A stretch of DNA of 64,000 bases from an uncultured Gemmatimonadaceae bacterium (GCA_963781585.1 CAWAGQ010000008.1:352001-416000), one strand, 5' to 3'. Counted from the stretch's first letter, positions 40,167 to 50,699 are shown. Notes: generated by a model from the letters alone, not told the origin. Numbers and translations are program-made.

Positions 40167-41332
40167 CCGAGCGGCTGTACTACGGGGATGCGTACCTCGC
40201 CGATTTCACCGCAAGCGTGGTGGATCGCGCGGTCGACGGCCGGCGGATCTATCTCGACCGGACCGCGTTCTACCCGACCTCCGGCGGCCAGCAGCACGAC
40301 CTGGGCACGCTGTCGGGCGTCGAGGTCATCGATGTTGTCGATGAAGGCGACCGCATCGCACATCTCGTGGCGGGGCCCGTGATCGACGCCCTGGCGCATG
40401 GCCTGATCGACTGGCCGCGCCGCTTCGATCACATGCAGCAGCACACGGGCCAGCACCTGCTCTCGGCGATCTTCTCCGATGCGTTCGGGCACGCGACGGT
40501 GAGCGTGCACTTCGGGGAAGAGACGTCCACGCTCGACCTCGACTGTGAGCATGTCGCGGAGGGGACTCTCCGGGACGTCGAACGGCGCGCCAACGAGATC
40601 GTGATCGGAAACCGGGTGGTCCGCGTATCGTTCATCGATGAGGGAGCCGCCACCGGGCTACGCAAGGCGACCGAGCGGACCGGGACGCTCCGGGTCGTGG
40701 AGATAGACGGCATGGATCGAAGCGCGTGCGGTGGTACGCACGTCCGTTCCACGGCCGAAGTCGGTGTGGTGCTGCTTCGCCGGCAGGAACGGGTTCGGAA
40801 GACCGCTCGTGTGGAGTTCGTGTGCGGGCATCGCGCGGTCAGACGGGCCAGGCGGGATCTCGAGGCCCTGGCACAGGTGGCGCACGATCTCTCCTCGTCG
40901 CTCGACGGCGTGCCGGATCTGGTGAGAACGCAGGCGGAACAGCTGCGCGACGCGGAGGGCCGTATCCGGCGACTCGAGAGCGCCCTGTCGGAGTATCGCG
41001 CGCGCGAGCGCTTCCAGACGACGGACCCTGATGAACGCGGCCTGCGTCGCAGCGTCGAGCGGCAGGCAACGGGTTCGCCTGACGAGTGGCGGGCTCTCGC
41101 GACCGCGTACTGTGCGTTACCGAAGACCGCCTTTATCGGTGTATCGGAGGACCCGCCAGCGATCCTGCTCGCGGTCTCGGACGATAGCGGCATCGATGCC
41201 GGGAAGACGCTGCGTGCCGCGCTGCAGGAGGTCGGGGGGCGTGGTGGCGGCTCACCCCGACTTGCCCAGGGGTCGGTCCCGTCGCCCGAAGCCCTCGAGC
41301 GGGTGCTGCGTTCCCTGGGGGAAGTGGTCTGA
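40163..41332 (+). CDS. Alanyl-tRNA editing protein (AlaX) with DHHA1 domain
   Basis: TAFYPTSGGQ, HMQQHTGQHLLS, ACGGTH, GGRGGG...AQG. Confidence 0.92.
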   Translation: MTERLYYGDAYLADFTASVVDRAVDGRRIYLDRTAFYPTSGGQQHDLGTLSGVEVIDVVDEGDRIAHLVAGPVIDALAHGLIDWPRRFDHMQQHTGQHLLSAIFSDAFGHATVSVHFGEETSTLDLDCEHVAEGTLRDVERRANEIVIGNRVVRVSFIDEGAATGLRKATERTGTLRVVEIDGMDRSACGGTHVRSTAEVGVVLLRRQERVRKTARVEFVCGHRAVRRARRDLEALAQVAHDLSSSLDGVPDLVRTQAEQLRDAEGRIRRLESALSEYRARERFQTTDPDERGLRRSVERQATGSPDEWRALATAYCALPKTAFIGVSEDPPAILLAVSDDSGIDAGKTLRAALQEVGGRGGGSPRLAQGSVPSPEALERVLRSLGEVV

Positions 41333-41504
41333 TCCCGGAGAATGAGCACGGCGCGGCCCGGCCACCCTTCCCGGCGACGGCATGGAGGTACTCGCGCGAC
41401 GCGCCAATTCGCGCTACACTGAGCCGCATCCCGTGCGCTCCCGCTTCGCAGTATTCCGGGATCGATACCGCTGCAGGAACAGAACTGGCATCAGGAGGTT
41501 CGCC

Positions 41505-41840
41505 ATGGCAGCCGTAGTCGTCGAATGGCTGGATCGTATCGGGAAGACTGCCTTCACCTACTCGGCGTGGAGCTTTGTCCTCCTCAACGGATTCGGCATC
41601 GCGATGGTCGCGCTGAAACGCGACCGTGCGATGGTGAATCGATGGACGTCGCGGTTTCTGGCGGTGAATGGACTGTTGCTGGGTACCGGGCTTGGCGTTC
41701 CCATCGTCACCATGGCGATGCGGAGCGCGATCGTCGCGATTGCACCTGCGCTGCACGTCCGGTCGAGTGCTGCCGAGGCGCGGGACAGCAATGGGCCGAA
41801 CGCTGGCGTGGACCAGGGGGCCGTGCCACTCCGGCCATGA
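41505..41840 (+). CDS. Hypothetical two-TM membrane protein
   Basis: AGGAGG RBS; two hydrophobic segments. Confidence 0.65.
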   Translation: MAAVVVEWLDRIGKTAFTYSAWSFVLLNGFGIAMVALKRDRAMVNRWTSRFLAVNGLLLGTGLGVPIVTMAMRSAIVAIAPALHVRSSAAEARDSNGPNAGVDQGAVPLRP

Positions 41841-42387
41841 GCACGGTCCCGACCCCGGTCCGCGTCGCCTGGGCGACCGGGTTCCGGCTACGCTGACTCT
41901 CACGTCGCCGGCGTTTCGGCACGGGGAGGCCATTTCCCCGCAATTCACCTGCGATGGGGAAGACCGCAGCCCTCCCCTGGCGTGGCGCGATACGCCGGAG
42001 GGAACACAGACGTTTGTCCTGATCATGGACGACCCGGACGCTCCCAATCCCGCTGCGCCCAGGCGCGTGTATGTGCACTGGGTCCTGTACGACATTCCGG
42101 CAGTCACGACGCATCTGGAGCCCGGGTCTGGAAACGGCGCCGCGCAAGCGGGAAGCCGGGACGGGAAGAACGACGGCGGGCGCACCGGATACACCGGCCC
42201 CTGCCCGCCGATCGGGCGTCACCGCTATTTCTTTCACCTGTACGCGCTGGATGCTGCGTTAGGCGATCGACGGGAGCCGACGAAGGCCGAGGTTCTGAAG
42301 GCGATGGACGGCCACATTCTGGCGCAGGCGGAGCTGGTCGGCACCTATGCGCGGGGCGGGAAACAGTCGCCGCTCGCCTTGCCGTAG
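41791..42387 (+). CDS. YbhB/YbcL (PEBP) family protein; start uncertain
   Basis: LTSPAF, TCDG...SPPL.W, DDPDAP, HWVLY, YTGPCPP.GRHRYFF.LYALD. Confidence 0.88.
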   Translation: MGRTLAWTRGPCHSGHEHGPDPGPRRLGDRVPATLTLTSPAFRHGEAISPQFTCDGEDRSPPLAWRDTPEGTQTFVLIMDDPDAPNPAAPRRVYVHWVLYDIPAVTTHLEPGSGNGAAQAGSRDGKNDGGRTGYTGPCPPIGRHRYFFHLYALDAALGDRREPTKAEVLKAMDGHILAQAELVGTYARGGKQSPLALP

Positions 42388-42505
42388 GCCGCGAAATCCT
42401 GCATCGTCTGTCGCCGCCGGCGGGCGGCCGGGCGCTCCGCATTCCCGCGTCGCGCCGGCACGGTGGGCGTGGGGTCCTGCCAATTCGGGAGTTGATGGAG
42501 AGCGT

Positions 42506-43465
42506 ATGTCGATACGGTTGATACGGCTGCTGTTCCTCGGTGTGGCGCTGGCAGCCTGCAACAGGGCGCCGACCACGCGCGCCGGCGAGCCGGACACGGG
42601 GATTGCCCTAGCGCGTTCGTCGCGCGCCAAGGACTCGCTCATCCGCGTGAAGGACAGCGTGATCGCCGAAAAGTCCCGGCAGCTCAGCGAGCAGAGCCAG
42701 CTCATTGGCGACGCGGCCACCAGTGCGCGGCTCGTCTCCGAGATCGACCGTGACCTTTCGGCGGTGCGCGGGCTACGCGTGAGCGGCGATTCGATGAAGA
42801 GCGAGGGAGCGGTCCCGAACGCGTCGGAGCAACTGGCCCGGGTCCAGAAGAAGGTGACGGCGCTGCTGACCCGGCTGACCGCGAGTGAAGCGCGGGTGCG
42901 CCGTATGCGCGCCGACAGCACCACACACGCGTCGCAGGACTCGACGGTCGCGGCGCAGCTGCGCGACTACGAGCGCCTGATTGCCGATTTGCGTGCCACT
43001 GGTGATCGCCAGCGACAGGAGATCGCGGTTCTGACGCAGCAGGTGGACAGCGTGGCCAAGGTGGCTGCTGAGCTGACGGCACGGAACGAGGCGATCACGG
43101 CGCAAAACGAGGCGATGGCGGCGCACGAGGATTCGGTGTTCGTGGTGATCGGCAGCGAGAAGGAGTTGATTCAACGCGGTGTCGCCCGGAAGGAGGGCGG
43201 CAACAAGCTGCTGCTCGGCATGGGCAAGACCCTGGTGCCGGCACGGGCGCTCGATCCGGCGGCATTCCGCGCGATTTCGAAGTCGCACGATCTCGAGATC
43301 ACACTCCCCAGGACTGACAAGAACTACGCGCTGGTTTCGCGTCAGAGCCTCGCCTACGTGGATCCGCCCAATCCGAAGGGCGGCGTGGTGCGCGGGACGC
43401 TGCGGATCGCGGATGCCGATGCATTCTGGCGGGCCTCGAAGTTCCTGATTCTGGTGGAGCGGTGA
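42506..43465 (+). CDS. Coiled-coil lipoprotein, Cbp1-like C-terminal domain
   Basis: LAAC lipobox; long heptad region; IGSEKEL...G...KEGG and I.D..AFW..SKFLI. Confidence 0.6.
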   Translation: MSIRLIRLLFLGVALAACNRAPTTRAGEPDTGIALARSSRAKDSLIRVKDSVIAEKSRQLSEQSQLIGDAATSARLVSEIDRDLSAVRGLRVSGDSMKSEGAVPNASEQLARVQKKVTALLTRLTASEARVRRMRADSTTHASQDSTVAAQLRDYERLIADLRATGDRQRQEIAVLTQQVDSVAKVAAELTARNEAITAQNEAMAAHEDSVFVVIGSEKELIQRGVARKEGGNKLLLGMGKTLVPARALDPAAFRAISKSHDLEITLPRTDKNYALVSRQSLAYVDPPNPKGGVVRGTLRIADADAFWRASKFLILVER

Positions 43466-43785
43466 CGCCGGGGGCCGGCAGCGGGCTGCCTGACGAGTCC
43501 GGTCGGGGGGGCGCCTCCGATCGGGAGACGCGCCTGCGCGAGCTGGCGCGGGCGCGGTGGAGGGTCGCCGTCACGCTCACGGTGTGCATGGTGGCGGTGT
43601 ACTTCGGCTTCATCCTGCTGATCGCCTACGACAAGGCATTGCTGGCGACCCTGATCACGCCGGGGCTCACCTTGGGGATCCTGCTGGGCGCGCTGGTGAT
43701 CGTGGTCGCCTGGCTGCTGACGTGGGTGTACGTGCGGTGGGCGAACGCCCATTACGATCGGGCGCTCCAGGATCTCGGACAATAG
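43462..43785 (+). CDS. DUF485 (YjcH-like) membrane protein
   Basis: YFGFILLIAY, YVRWAN..YD; precedes actP. Confidence 0.88.
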   Translation: MTPGAGSGLPDESGRGGASDRETRLRELARARWRVAVTLTVCMVAVYFGFILLIAYDKALLATLITPGLTLGILLGALVIVVAWLLTWVYVRWANAHYDRALQDLGQ

Positions 43786-43795
43786 CCGCCCGCTG

Positions 43796-45370
43796 GTGAT
43801 CGTACTGCTGCAGTCCATCGTGCCCCAGCCGGCAACCCGGATCGGCGAGCCGAATCGGGTGGCGATGATCTTCTTCTTCGTGTTCATCGCCATCACCCTG
43901 CTGATCACCTACTGGGCGGCGCGGCGCACACGGACCACCGAGGAGTTCTACGCCGCCGGTCGCACCATCAGTGCCGGACAGAACGGGTTTGCCCTGGCCG
44001 GCGACTACATGAGCGCGGCGTCGTTCCTCGGGATCGCGGGGCTGGTATCGACGAAGGGATTCGACGGGCTGATCTACTCGACCGGATGGTTGGTGGGATG
44101 GCCGGTGGTGCTGTTCCTCATCGCCGAGCCGCTGCGCAACCTGGGCCGATATACGTTCGCGGACGTGGTGGCGGCCCGCCTGCGTCAGGGCCCGGTGCGA
44201 ATCGCTGCGGCGCTCGGCACGCTGGCCACCGTGTCGCTGTATCTGATCGCGCAGATGGTTGGGGCGGGCGGACTGATCAAGCTCATGTTCGGTCTGTCGT
44301 ACGAGAGTGCGATCGTGATCGTGGGGCTGGCGATGATGGCCTACGTGCTGTTTGGTGGGATGATCGCGACGACGTGGGTGCAGATCGTCAAGGCGGCGCT
44401 GTTGCTGTGCGGCGCGGTGCTGCTGGCGCTGCTGGTGCTGGACCGATTCGGCATGAACCCGATTGCGCTGTTCCGGGCGGCGGCGGCCTCGTATGGCGAT
44501 GGCGTGCTGGCGCCCGGCGGGCTGGTGTCGAAACCACTCGATGCGGTGTCGTTAGGCATGGCGCTGATGTTCGGCACCGCGGGCCTGCCCCACATTCTGA
44601 TGCGGTTCTACACGGTTCCCGACGCGCGGGCGGCGCGGAAGTCGGTGTTCTACGCCACCGGGCTGATCGGGTTCTTCTATCTGATGACGTTCGTTCTCGG
44701 ATTCGGCGCCATGGTCCTGGTCGGGCCGTCGGCGATCACGGCGGTGGACAAGGGTGGCAACATGGCGGCGCCGCTTCTGGCGGAGGCGCTGGGGGGGACG
44801 CCGTTCCTGGGCTTCATCGCGGCGGTGGCGTTCGCGACCATTCTGGCCGTGGTGGCCGGACTGACCCTTTCCGGGGCCGCGGCCCTGTCGCACGATCTGT
44901 GGGTGAGCGTGGTGCGTGGCGGGCGAGCCACGCCGCACGAGCAGCTGCGGGTGGCGCGCATCGCGACGGTTCTGCTCGGGGGGCTGGCGATCCTGCTGGG
45001 GATCACCTTCAAGGGGCAGAACGTGGCATACATGGTGTCGCTGGCGTTTGCCATTGCCGCCAGCGGCAACTTCCCGGCGCTGGTGCTGTCCATCTTCTGG
45101 CGCCGATGCACGACCAGCGGCGTGGTGTCGAGCATGGTCGTGGGCACGGTTGCCTCGCTCGTCCTGATCTATCTCTCGCCGACGATTCAGGTGGACATCC
45201 TCAAACGCGCGGGTGCCGCCTTTCCACTCCGAAATCCAGCGCTGGTGACGATTCCCTTGTCTTTCCTGACGGCGATTGTCGTGTCGCTCCTCACCGGCAA
45301 CCGGGCCACCCGCGATGCCTATTCGCGGGTGGAACGGCAAATGCACGTCGGCGTGAAAGCGGAGGCGTGA
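43796..45370 (+). CDS. actP: Cation/acetate symporter ActP (SSS family)
   Basis: NGFALAGDYMSAASFLG, GTAGLPHILMRF, AFATILAVVAGL, HDL. Confidence 0.93.
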   Translation: MIVLLQSIVPQPATRIGEPNRVAMIFFFVFIAITLLITYWAARRTRTTEEFYAAGRTISAGQNGFALAGDYMSAASFLGIAGLVSTKGFDGLIYSTGWLVGWPVVLFLIAEPLRNLGRYTFADVVAARLRQGPVRIAAALGTLATVSLYLIAQMVGAGGLIKLMFGLSYESAIVIVGLAMMAYVLFGGMIATTWVQIVKAALLLCGAVLLALLVLDRFGMNPIALFRAAAASYGDGVLAPGGLVSKPLDAVSLGMALMFGTAGLPHILMRFYTVPDARAARKSVFYATGLIGFFYLMTFVLGFGAMVLVGPSAITAVDKGGNMAAPLLAEALGGTPFLGFIAAVAFATILAVVAGLTLSGAAALSHDLWVSVVRGGRATPHEQLRVARIATVLLGGLAILLGITFKGQNVAYMVSLAFAIAASGNFPALVLSIFWRRCTTSGVVSSMVVGTVASLVLIYLSPTIQVDILKRAGAAFPLRNPALVTIPLSFLTAIVVSLLTGNRATRDAYSRVERQMHVGVKAEA

Positions 45371-45511
45371 GCTTCGCTTCTGCCCGGCGCACCGCGACCT
45401 GCGGCGCGCGCCGAACCGGCACCAGGATGATGGCGGACATGTCGCGCGCGTGCTCTCAGCACGTGACGGGCGTCGCCGTCCTGTCGCGCCTCCATCGTTA
45501 ACTTCCCCGCC

Positions 45512-47671
45512 ATGGCCGTTGATCGGACAAGGATTCCATACCTCCCGGAGCGCATCGAAGGCCTCGCCATCGTCGCCACGAACATCGCGTGGAGCTGGAA
45601 CAGGGACGTCCGGCGTCTCTTCCAACTCATCGACGACCCGCTGTGGCATCTCACTCGCCACAATCCGATCGCCATTCTCCGCCGGATCGACCCGCAGCGG
45701 CTGAACGACTGTGCGCGGGACCCGGTGTTCCTCGAGCTCTACGACCGCGCGATGGCGGAGCTGGATCTCATCCGCACAACGCACGGCACGTGGATGGAGC
45801 GTGAATACCCGGACATCGATCCGGCCAATCCGGTGGCGTACTTCTGTGCCGAGTTCGGGCTGCACAACTCGGTGCCCATCTATTCCGGAGGGCTGGGTGT
45901 CCTGGCCGGCGATCACTGCAAGAGCGCCTCCGATCTGGGTGTCCCGCTGACCGGCGTGGGACTGTTTTACACCAAGGGGTACTTCGATCAGCAATTACGA
46001 CTGGACGGCTGGCAGGAAGACTCGGACGAGCAGTTCGACGTGACGAACGCGCCTCTCGAACGGGTATACGGCGCCGGACGCGAGGCGCACCTCACGAGTG
46101 TGCTCACCAGCGGCCGTGAAGTCTTCATCGGCGCCTGGCGGATGCTGGTGGGGCGCGTGCCGGTGTACCTGCTCGATACCGATCTCGAGCAGAATCACCC
46201 TGACGATCGTGAACTCACGTCGAAGCTGTATGCCGGCGGCCCTGAAGTGCGGCTCAAGCAGGAGTGGATTCTGGGTGTGGGCGGTGTGCGCGTGCTGCGC
46301 GCGATGGGCGTCGCGCCGGCGGCCTGGCATGCCAACGAGGGGCATGCGGCGTTCATGATGGTGGAGCGCGCGCGCGAACTCGTGGCCTTGGGCGAGACCT
46401 TCGAGGGGGCGATGGGGCAGGTGCGGGCACGCTCGATCTTCACCACGCACACACCGGTTCCGGCGGGACATGACACGTTTTCGGTGGAACAGGTGGAGCA
46501 ATGCACGGGGGCGGTATGGGAGACGCTGGGCGTGGGTCGCGAGACGTTCTTCGCGATCGGCCGGCACCCGGAGCAGGCGCAGGATCAGTTTCACATGACG
46601 GTGGCGGCCATCCGGATGTCGAAGTTCGTGAATGGCGTGTCACGGCGGCACGGTGAGGTCTCACGCCAACTGTGGGCGCCACTCTGGCCGGGCCGTTCGG
46701 TGGAAGAGGTCCCCATCGGGTGCATCACCAACGGCGTGCACCTGGCCACCTGGATGACGCGGGACATGATGGGCCTGCTTGATGTCCAGTTCGGGGCCGA
46801 CTGGGGACAGCAGGTTGACGACGCGCAGTTCTGGGAACGGATGCTGGAGCTGGACGACGGGCGGCTATGGTCGTTGCGCACAGCGTTGAAGTCGGCGCTC
46901 CTGAACTTTGTGCGCGAGGAAGCACGACGTCGCTGGGCACGACACTGGAAGGAGGCCACCCACGTCGTCGGTGCGGGGACGCTCCTGAATCCGCATGCGC
47001 TCACGATCGGGTTTGCGCGACGATTCGCGACGTACAAGCGCGCGGACCTCATTTTCCGGGACATCGAACGTCTGCGCGCACTGCTTGTGAACCCCGCGCG
47101 CCCGGTGCAGATCATCCTTGCCGGGAAAGCGCACCCGGCCGATACGCCGGGGAAAGAGGTATTGCGCACCGTATACGGGTTCACGCGCGACCCGCGGTTG
47201 GAAGGACGGGTGGCTTTTCTCGAGGACTACGAGCTGCATCTGGCGCATCGCCTGGTGGAGGGTGTGGACCTGTGGCTCAACCTGCCACGGGTGCCATTCG
47301 AAGCGAGTGGGACGAGCGGCATGAAGGCGGGACTCAACGGGGTGCCGCAGGTCTCCACACTCGATGGCTGGTGGCACGAGGGGTACGAAGGACTCAACGG
47401 GTGGGCGATCCCGCCGGCGACGTCGCGGTCAACGCCTGACGAGTGGGACGCCGATCACCTGTATCGGCTGCTGGAAGAACAGGTGATTCCGCTCTACTAT
47501 ACGCGAGACGAGCGGGATGTCCCGGTGGGGTGGGTGGAGAAGATGAAGCACGCCATCCGCGTCTCGGGCCAGCGATTCACGGCCCGTCGCATGCTCCGGG
47601 AGTACGTGACGCGGTGTTATGGGCCGGCCATGCGCGGCAATAACATCCCCGATGATCCGCCCGGAGGCTGA
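45512..47671 (+). CDS. glgP: Alpha-glucan phosphorylase (GT35)
   Basis: YSGGLGVLAGD, NEGH, FTTHTPVPAGHD, ARRFATYKR, EASGTSGMK. Confidence 0.96.
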   Translation: MAVDRTRIPYLPERIEGLAIVATNIAWSWNRDVRRLFQLIDDPLWHLTRHNPIAILRRIDPQRLNDCARDPVFLELYDRAMAELDLIRTTHGTWMEREYPDIDPANPVAYFCAEFGLHNSVPIYSGGLGVLAGDHCKSASDLGVPLTGVGLFYTKGYFDQQLRLDGWQEDSDEQFDVTNAPLERVYGAGREAHLTSVLTSGREVFIGAWRMLVGRVPVYLLDTDLEQNHPDDRELTSKLYAGGPEVRLKQEWILGVGGVRVLRAMGVAPAAWHANEGHAAFMMVERARELVALGETFEGAMGQVRARSIFTTHTPVPAGHDTFSVEQVEQCTGAVWETLGVGRETFFAIGRHPEQAQDQFHMTVAAIRMSKFVNGVSRRHGEVSRQLWAPLWPGRSVEEVPIGCITNGVHLATWMTRDMMGLLDVQFGADWGQQVDDAQFWERMLELDDGRLWSLRTALKSALLNFVREEARRRWARHWKEATHVVGAGTLLNPHALTIGFARRFATYKRADLIFRDIERLRALLVNPARPVQIILAGKAHPADTPGKEVLRTVYGFTRDPRLEGRVAFLEDYELHLAHRLVEGVDLWLNLPRVPFEASGTSGMKAGLNGVPQVSTLDGWWHEGYEGLNGWAIPPATSRSTPDEWDADHLYRLLEEQVIPLYYTRDERDVPVGWVEKMKHAIRVSGQRFTARRMLREYVTRCYGPAMRGNNIPDDPPGG

Positions 47672-47711
47672 CCGGCAGGCGCGATGACCGAGGGTGAGGG
47701 GGAGACGGGCG

Positions 47712-49331
47712 ATGCCAGGCAAGCGGAAGACTCCGGGGAACACACCGGGAGCGCCGGAGCAGCCGCGGCGACAGCGGCGGCCTCGGGAAGTCGTGCCGGT
47801 GGCGCCGGTGCCGCGTCCCGCACTTCCTGACGACCCGCCGCTGGTGGCACCATCCGGCAAGCCGGTTACGATCGTCCACCTTGCGGCCGAGCTCGCCCCC
47901 TTCGCGCGGACGGGCGGTCTCGGCGAGGCGGTGTCGAGTCTTGCGCACTATCAGGCCCTGACCGGACTCACCTCCGTCATCGTGATGCCCCTGTACCGGC
48001 AGGTTCGGGAGGTGGCGACCGATCTGGTTCCCGTGGGCGAGCCATTCCCGGTGACTGTGGGGCCGAGGACCGAGCTGGCCCGGCTGCACGAGTCGCGCGC
48101 GCTGCAGTCGAACCCGGCAGAGGGCAAACCGCGCATCCTGTTCATCGAGAACGCGGAGTACTTCGACCGGGACCACATCTACGGAACGGCGCAGGGGGAC
48201 TATCCGGACAACCATCGGCGGTTTGCCTTCTTCTGCTTCGCCGCCCTGAATGCGCTACCCTCGATCGCCAGCATGCCGGTCATTCTCCACGCGCACGACT
48301 GGCATGCGGCCCTCGCGCCGGTGTACCTGCGCGTCTTCGACGGTGGCCCGGGACGCGAGTTCTATCGTAACACGTCTTCGGTGCTGACCGTTCACAACGC
48401 GGGCTTTCAGGGACAATTCGCGCCCGACGTGCTCTCGGATCTCGGGCTGCCGTGGGATCTGTACAATTTTGCGCAGCTGGAGTGGTACGGACGGGTGAAC
48501 ATCCTGAAAGGTGGCCTGGCGTTCGCTGATGCGGTGTCGACGGTGAGCCCCACGCATGCGCACGAGTTGCGCACGCCAGCCGGCGGGTTCGGCCTGCACG
48601 ACGCTTTCATCAGTCTGCGCGAGCGCTTCGTGGGCATCGTCAACGGCATCGATCAGCGCGAATGGAACCCCGAGACCGATCCCGTCATTACCGCGCGCTA
48701 CAGCCGGGACGACCTGTCGGGCAAGAAGCGATGCAAGAGTGCGCTACAGCGGATCTTCGGGCTGCCGCAGCGGTCGCGCGTGCCGATCTTCGGTATGAGC
48801 GCCCGGATGGTGTATCAAAAGGGCCTCGACCTGATCCTGGGCAGCCCCCGGTTTCTGTCGCTCGACGCACAGTTCCTGTTCCTGGGGCAGGGCGAGAAGC
48901 GGTACGTGGATACGCTTACCGAGCTGGCGCGCATGGCCCCGGGACGGATCGGCGTGCAGACGGATTTCACCAGCGTGCAGGAACATCGATTGATGGCCGG
49001 TGCCGATGTGATCATCATGCCTTCCCAGTACGAGCCGTGCGGCCTCACCCAGATGCGGGCGCAGCGCTATGGCGCGCTGCCGGTGGCGCGGCACGTTGGC
49101 GGGCTTGCCGACACCATCGAGGACGGAATCACCGGATTCCTGTTCGATGCCTTCAGCACCAGCGACTTTCTCACGGCATGCGTGCGCGCGATTGACCATT
49201 ACCAGGATCCCACCCCCTGGCATCACATGCAGCGGGAAGCGATGTCGCGCGACTTCGGATGGGAGCGATCCGAGCAGAAGTATCTCGAGCTGTACCGCAA
49301 AGTGCTGGCTTCGCCGCGTTTTCGCCGGTGA
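47712..49331 (+). CDS. glgA: Glycogen/starch synthase (GT5)
   Basis: RTGGL, HAHDWH, TVHN, NGID..WNP, QKG, EPCGLTQM, GGLADT. Confidence 0.92.
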   Translation: MPGKRKTPGNTPGAPEQPRRQRRPREVVPVAPVPRPALPDDPPLVAPSGKPVTIVHLAAELAPFARTGGLGEAVSSLAHYQALTGLTSVIVMPLYRQVREVATDLVPVGEPFPVTVGPRTELARLHESRALQSNPAEGKPRILFIENAEYFDRDHIYGTAQGDYPDNHRRFAFFCFAALNALPSIASMPVILHAHDWHAALAPVYLRVFDGGPGREFYRNTSSVLTVHNAGFQGQFAPDVLSDLGLPWDLYNFAQLEWYGRVNILKGGLAFADAVSTVSPTHAHELRTPAGGFGLHDAFISLRERFVGIVNGIDQREWNPETDPVITARYSRDDLSGKKRCKSALQRIFGLPQRSRVPIFGMSARMVYQKGLDLILGSPRFLSLDAQFLFLGQGEKRYVDTLTELARMAPGRIGVQTDFTSVQEHRLMAGADVIIMPSQYEPCGLTQMRAQRYGALPVARHVGGLADTIEDGITGFLFDAFSTSDFLTACVRAIDHYQDPTPWHHMQREAMSRDFGWERSEQKYLELYRKVLASPRFRR

Positions 49332-49469
49332 ATGGGCAATGCATCGGTTTCAGGCCTTTGTTGACCGGTGGCTGACCGCGATTGCCGTCAGCCAAGGTCT
49401 CGACGGCGGCGACTGCAGTGCAGGTCCCGCCGTCGGATCCGATGACTTCCTTGAACGCGGGACGCCCCC

Positions 49470-50612
49470 ATGAAATGGTCGTGGCGAATCGGCCGCGTGG
49501 CGGGGATCGTGATCGAAATCCACGTCACGTTTCTCTTCCTTCTGCTGTGGATCGCACTCGTCGAGCAGCAGCGCGGTGGGACGGCGGCGTCGATCGCCGG
49601 GGCCCTCCTGTTCACGGTGGCGGTGTTCGCGTCCGTCGTGCTGCACGAGTACGGTCACTCGCTCACCGCCCGCCGTTTCGGCGTCCGGACCCGCAGCATT
49701 ACGATCCTTCCCATCGGTGGTGTGTCGTCGCTCGAGCGCATTCCGTCCGAGCCGCGCCAGGAACTCGCCATTGCCCTCGCGGGACCTGCGGTAACCGTGG
49801 GAATCGTGGTGGTGTTGTACCTGCTTCTCGTGATCACCGGACAGCCGGTCGCTGTGAAGGATCTGAGCTTCGGCGGTGGCCAGTTCCTGGCCCGGCTCAT
49901 GTGGGTGAACATCGTGCTGGCGGTGTTCAACGTCCTCCCGGCATTCCCGATGGACGGTGGGCGGGTGCTACGTGCCGCACTGGCGCTGCGGATGGAGTAC
50001 GCCCGCGCCACCAGAGTGGCCGCCACGATTGGACGCGCATTCGCGGTCCTGTTCGCCATCGCAGGGTTGTTCAGCAATCCGTTTCTCGTCTTCATTGCGA
50101 TCTTTGTCTGGATGGGCGCAACTGGTGAGAACTGGAGCGCTCAGCTGCAGTCGGCGTTGCGCGGCCTTCCCGTGGAGCGCGTGATGATCAGCGACCTTCG
50201 CACGCTCGCACCGAACGACACGCTGGGACGTGCGGTGGAGCATCTCCTGGCCGGTTTCCAACAGGACTTCCCGGTGCTGGATGGAGAACACCTGGTGGGC
50301 GTCTTGCCGCGCACCGACCTGATCAAGGCGTTGGCGCAGCGCGGCCCTGATGCGATGGTTCACACGGCGATGCGCTCGGATTTCCCGATCGCGCACCCCG
50401 GGGAGCCACTGGACGAGGCATTCAGGCGCCTGCAGCAGGCGAAGTGCCACACGATGCCCGTGGTGAAGGGCGACGTGCTGCAGGGGGTGCTGACGCTGGA
50501 CAACGTGGGTGAGTTCTTCATGGTGCAGGGAGCCGCCGGGAATCAGCACGCGCATTCAGAGGGTCGGACGGCAGCGGCCGACCGCCCGCATCCGGCTGTC
50601 AGTCACCGGTAG
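49470..50612 (+). CDS. Site-2 protease (M50) with CBS pair
   Basis: LHEYGH, AGP, FN.LPAFPMDGGR; two CBS domains. Confidence 0.93.
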   Translation: MKWSWRIGRVAGIVIEIHVTFLFLLLWIALVEQQRGGTAASIAGALLFTVAVFASVVLHEYGHSLTARRFGVRTRSITILPIGGVSSLERIPSEPRQELAIALAGPAVTVGIVVVLYLLLVITGQPVAVKDLSFGGGQFLARLMWVNIVLAVFNVLPAFPMDGGRVLRAALALRMEYARATRVAATIGRAFAVLFAIAGLFSNPFLVFIAIFVWMGATGENWSAQLQSALRGLPVERVMISDLRTLAPNDTLGRAVEHLLAGFQQDFPVLDGEHLVGVLPRTDLIKALAQRGPDAMVHTAMRSDFPIAHPGEPLDEAFRRLQQAKCHTMPVVKGDVLQGVLTLDNVGEFFMVQGAAGNQHAHSEGRTAAADRPHPAVSHR

Positions 50613-50699
50613 GCAGTGATCGGCTGGTTACCGATCAGTGGGCGATCCTTGATCTTTCGCTCCTGATCACTACGGCCGCTGGTTCTGTGGTTACGGTTC

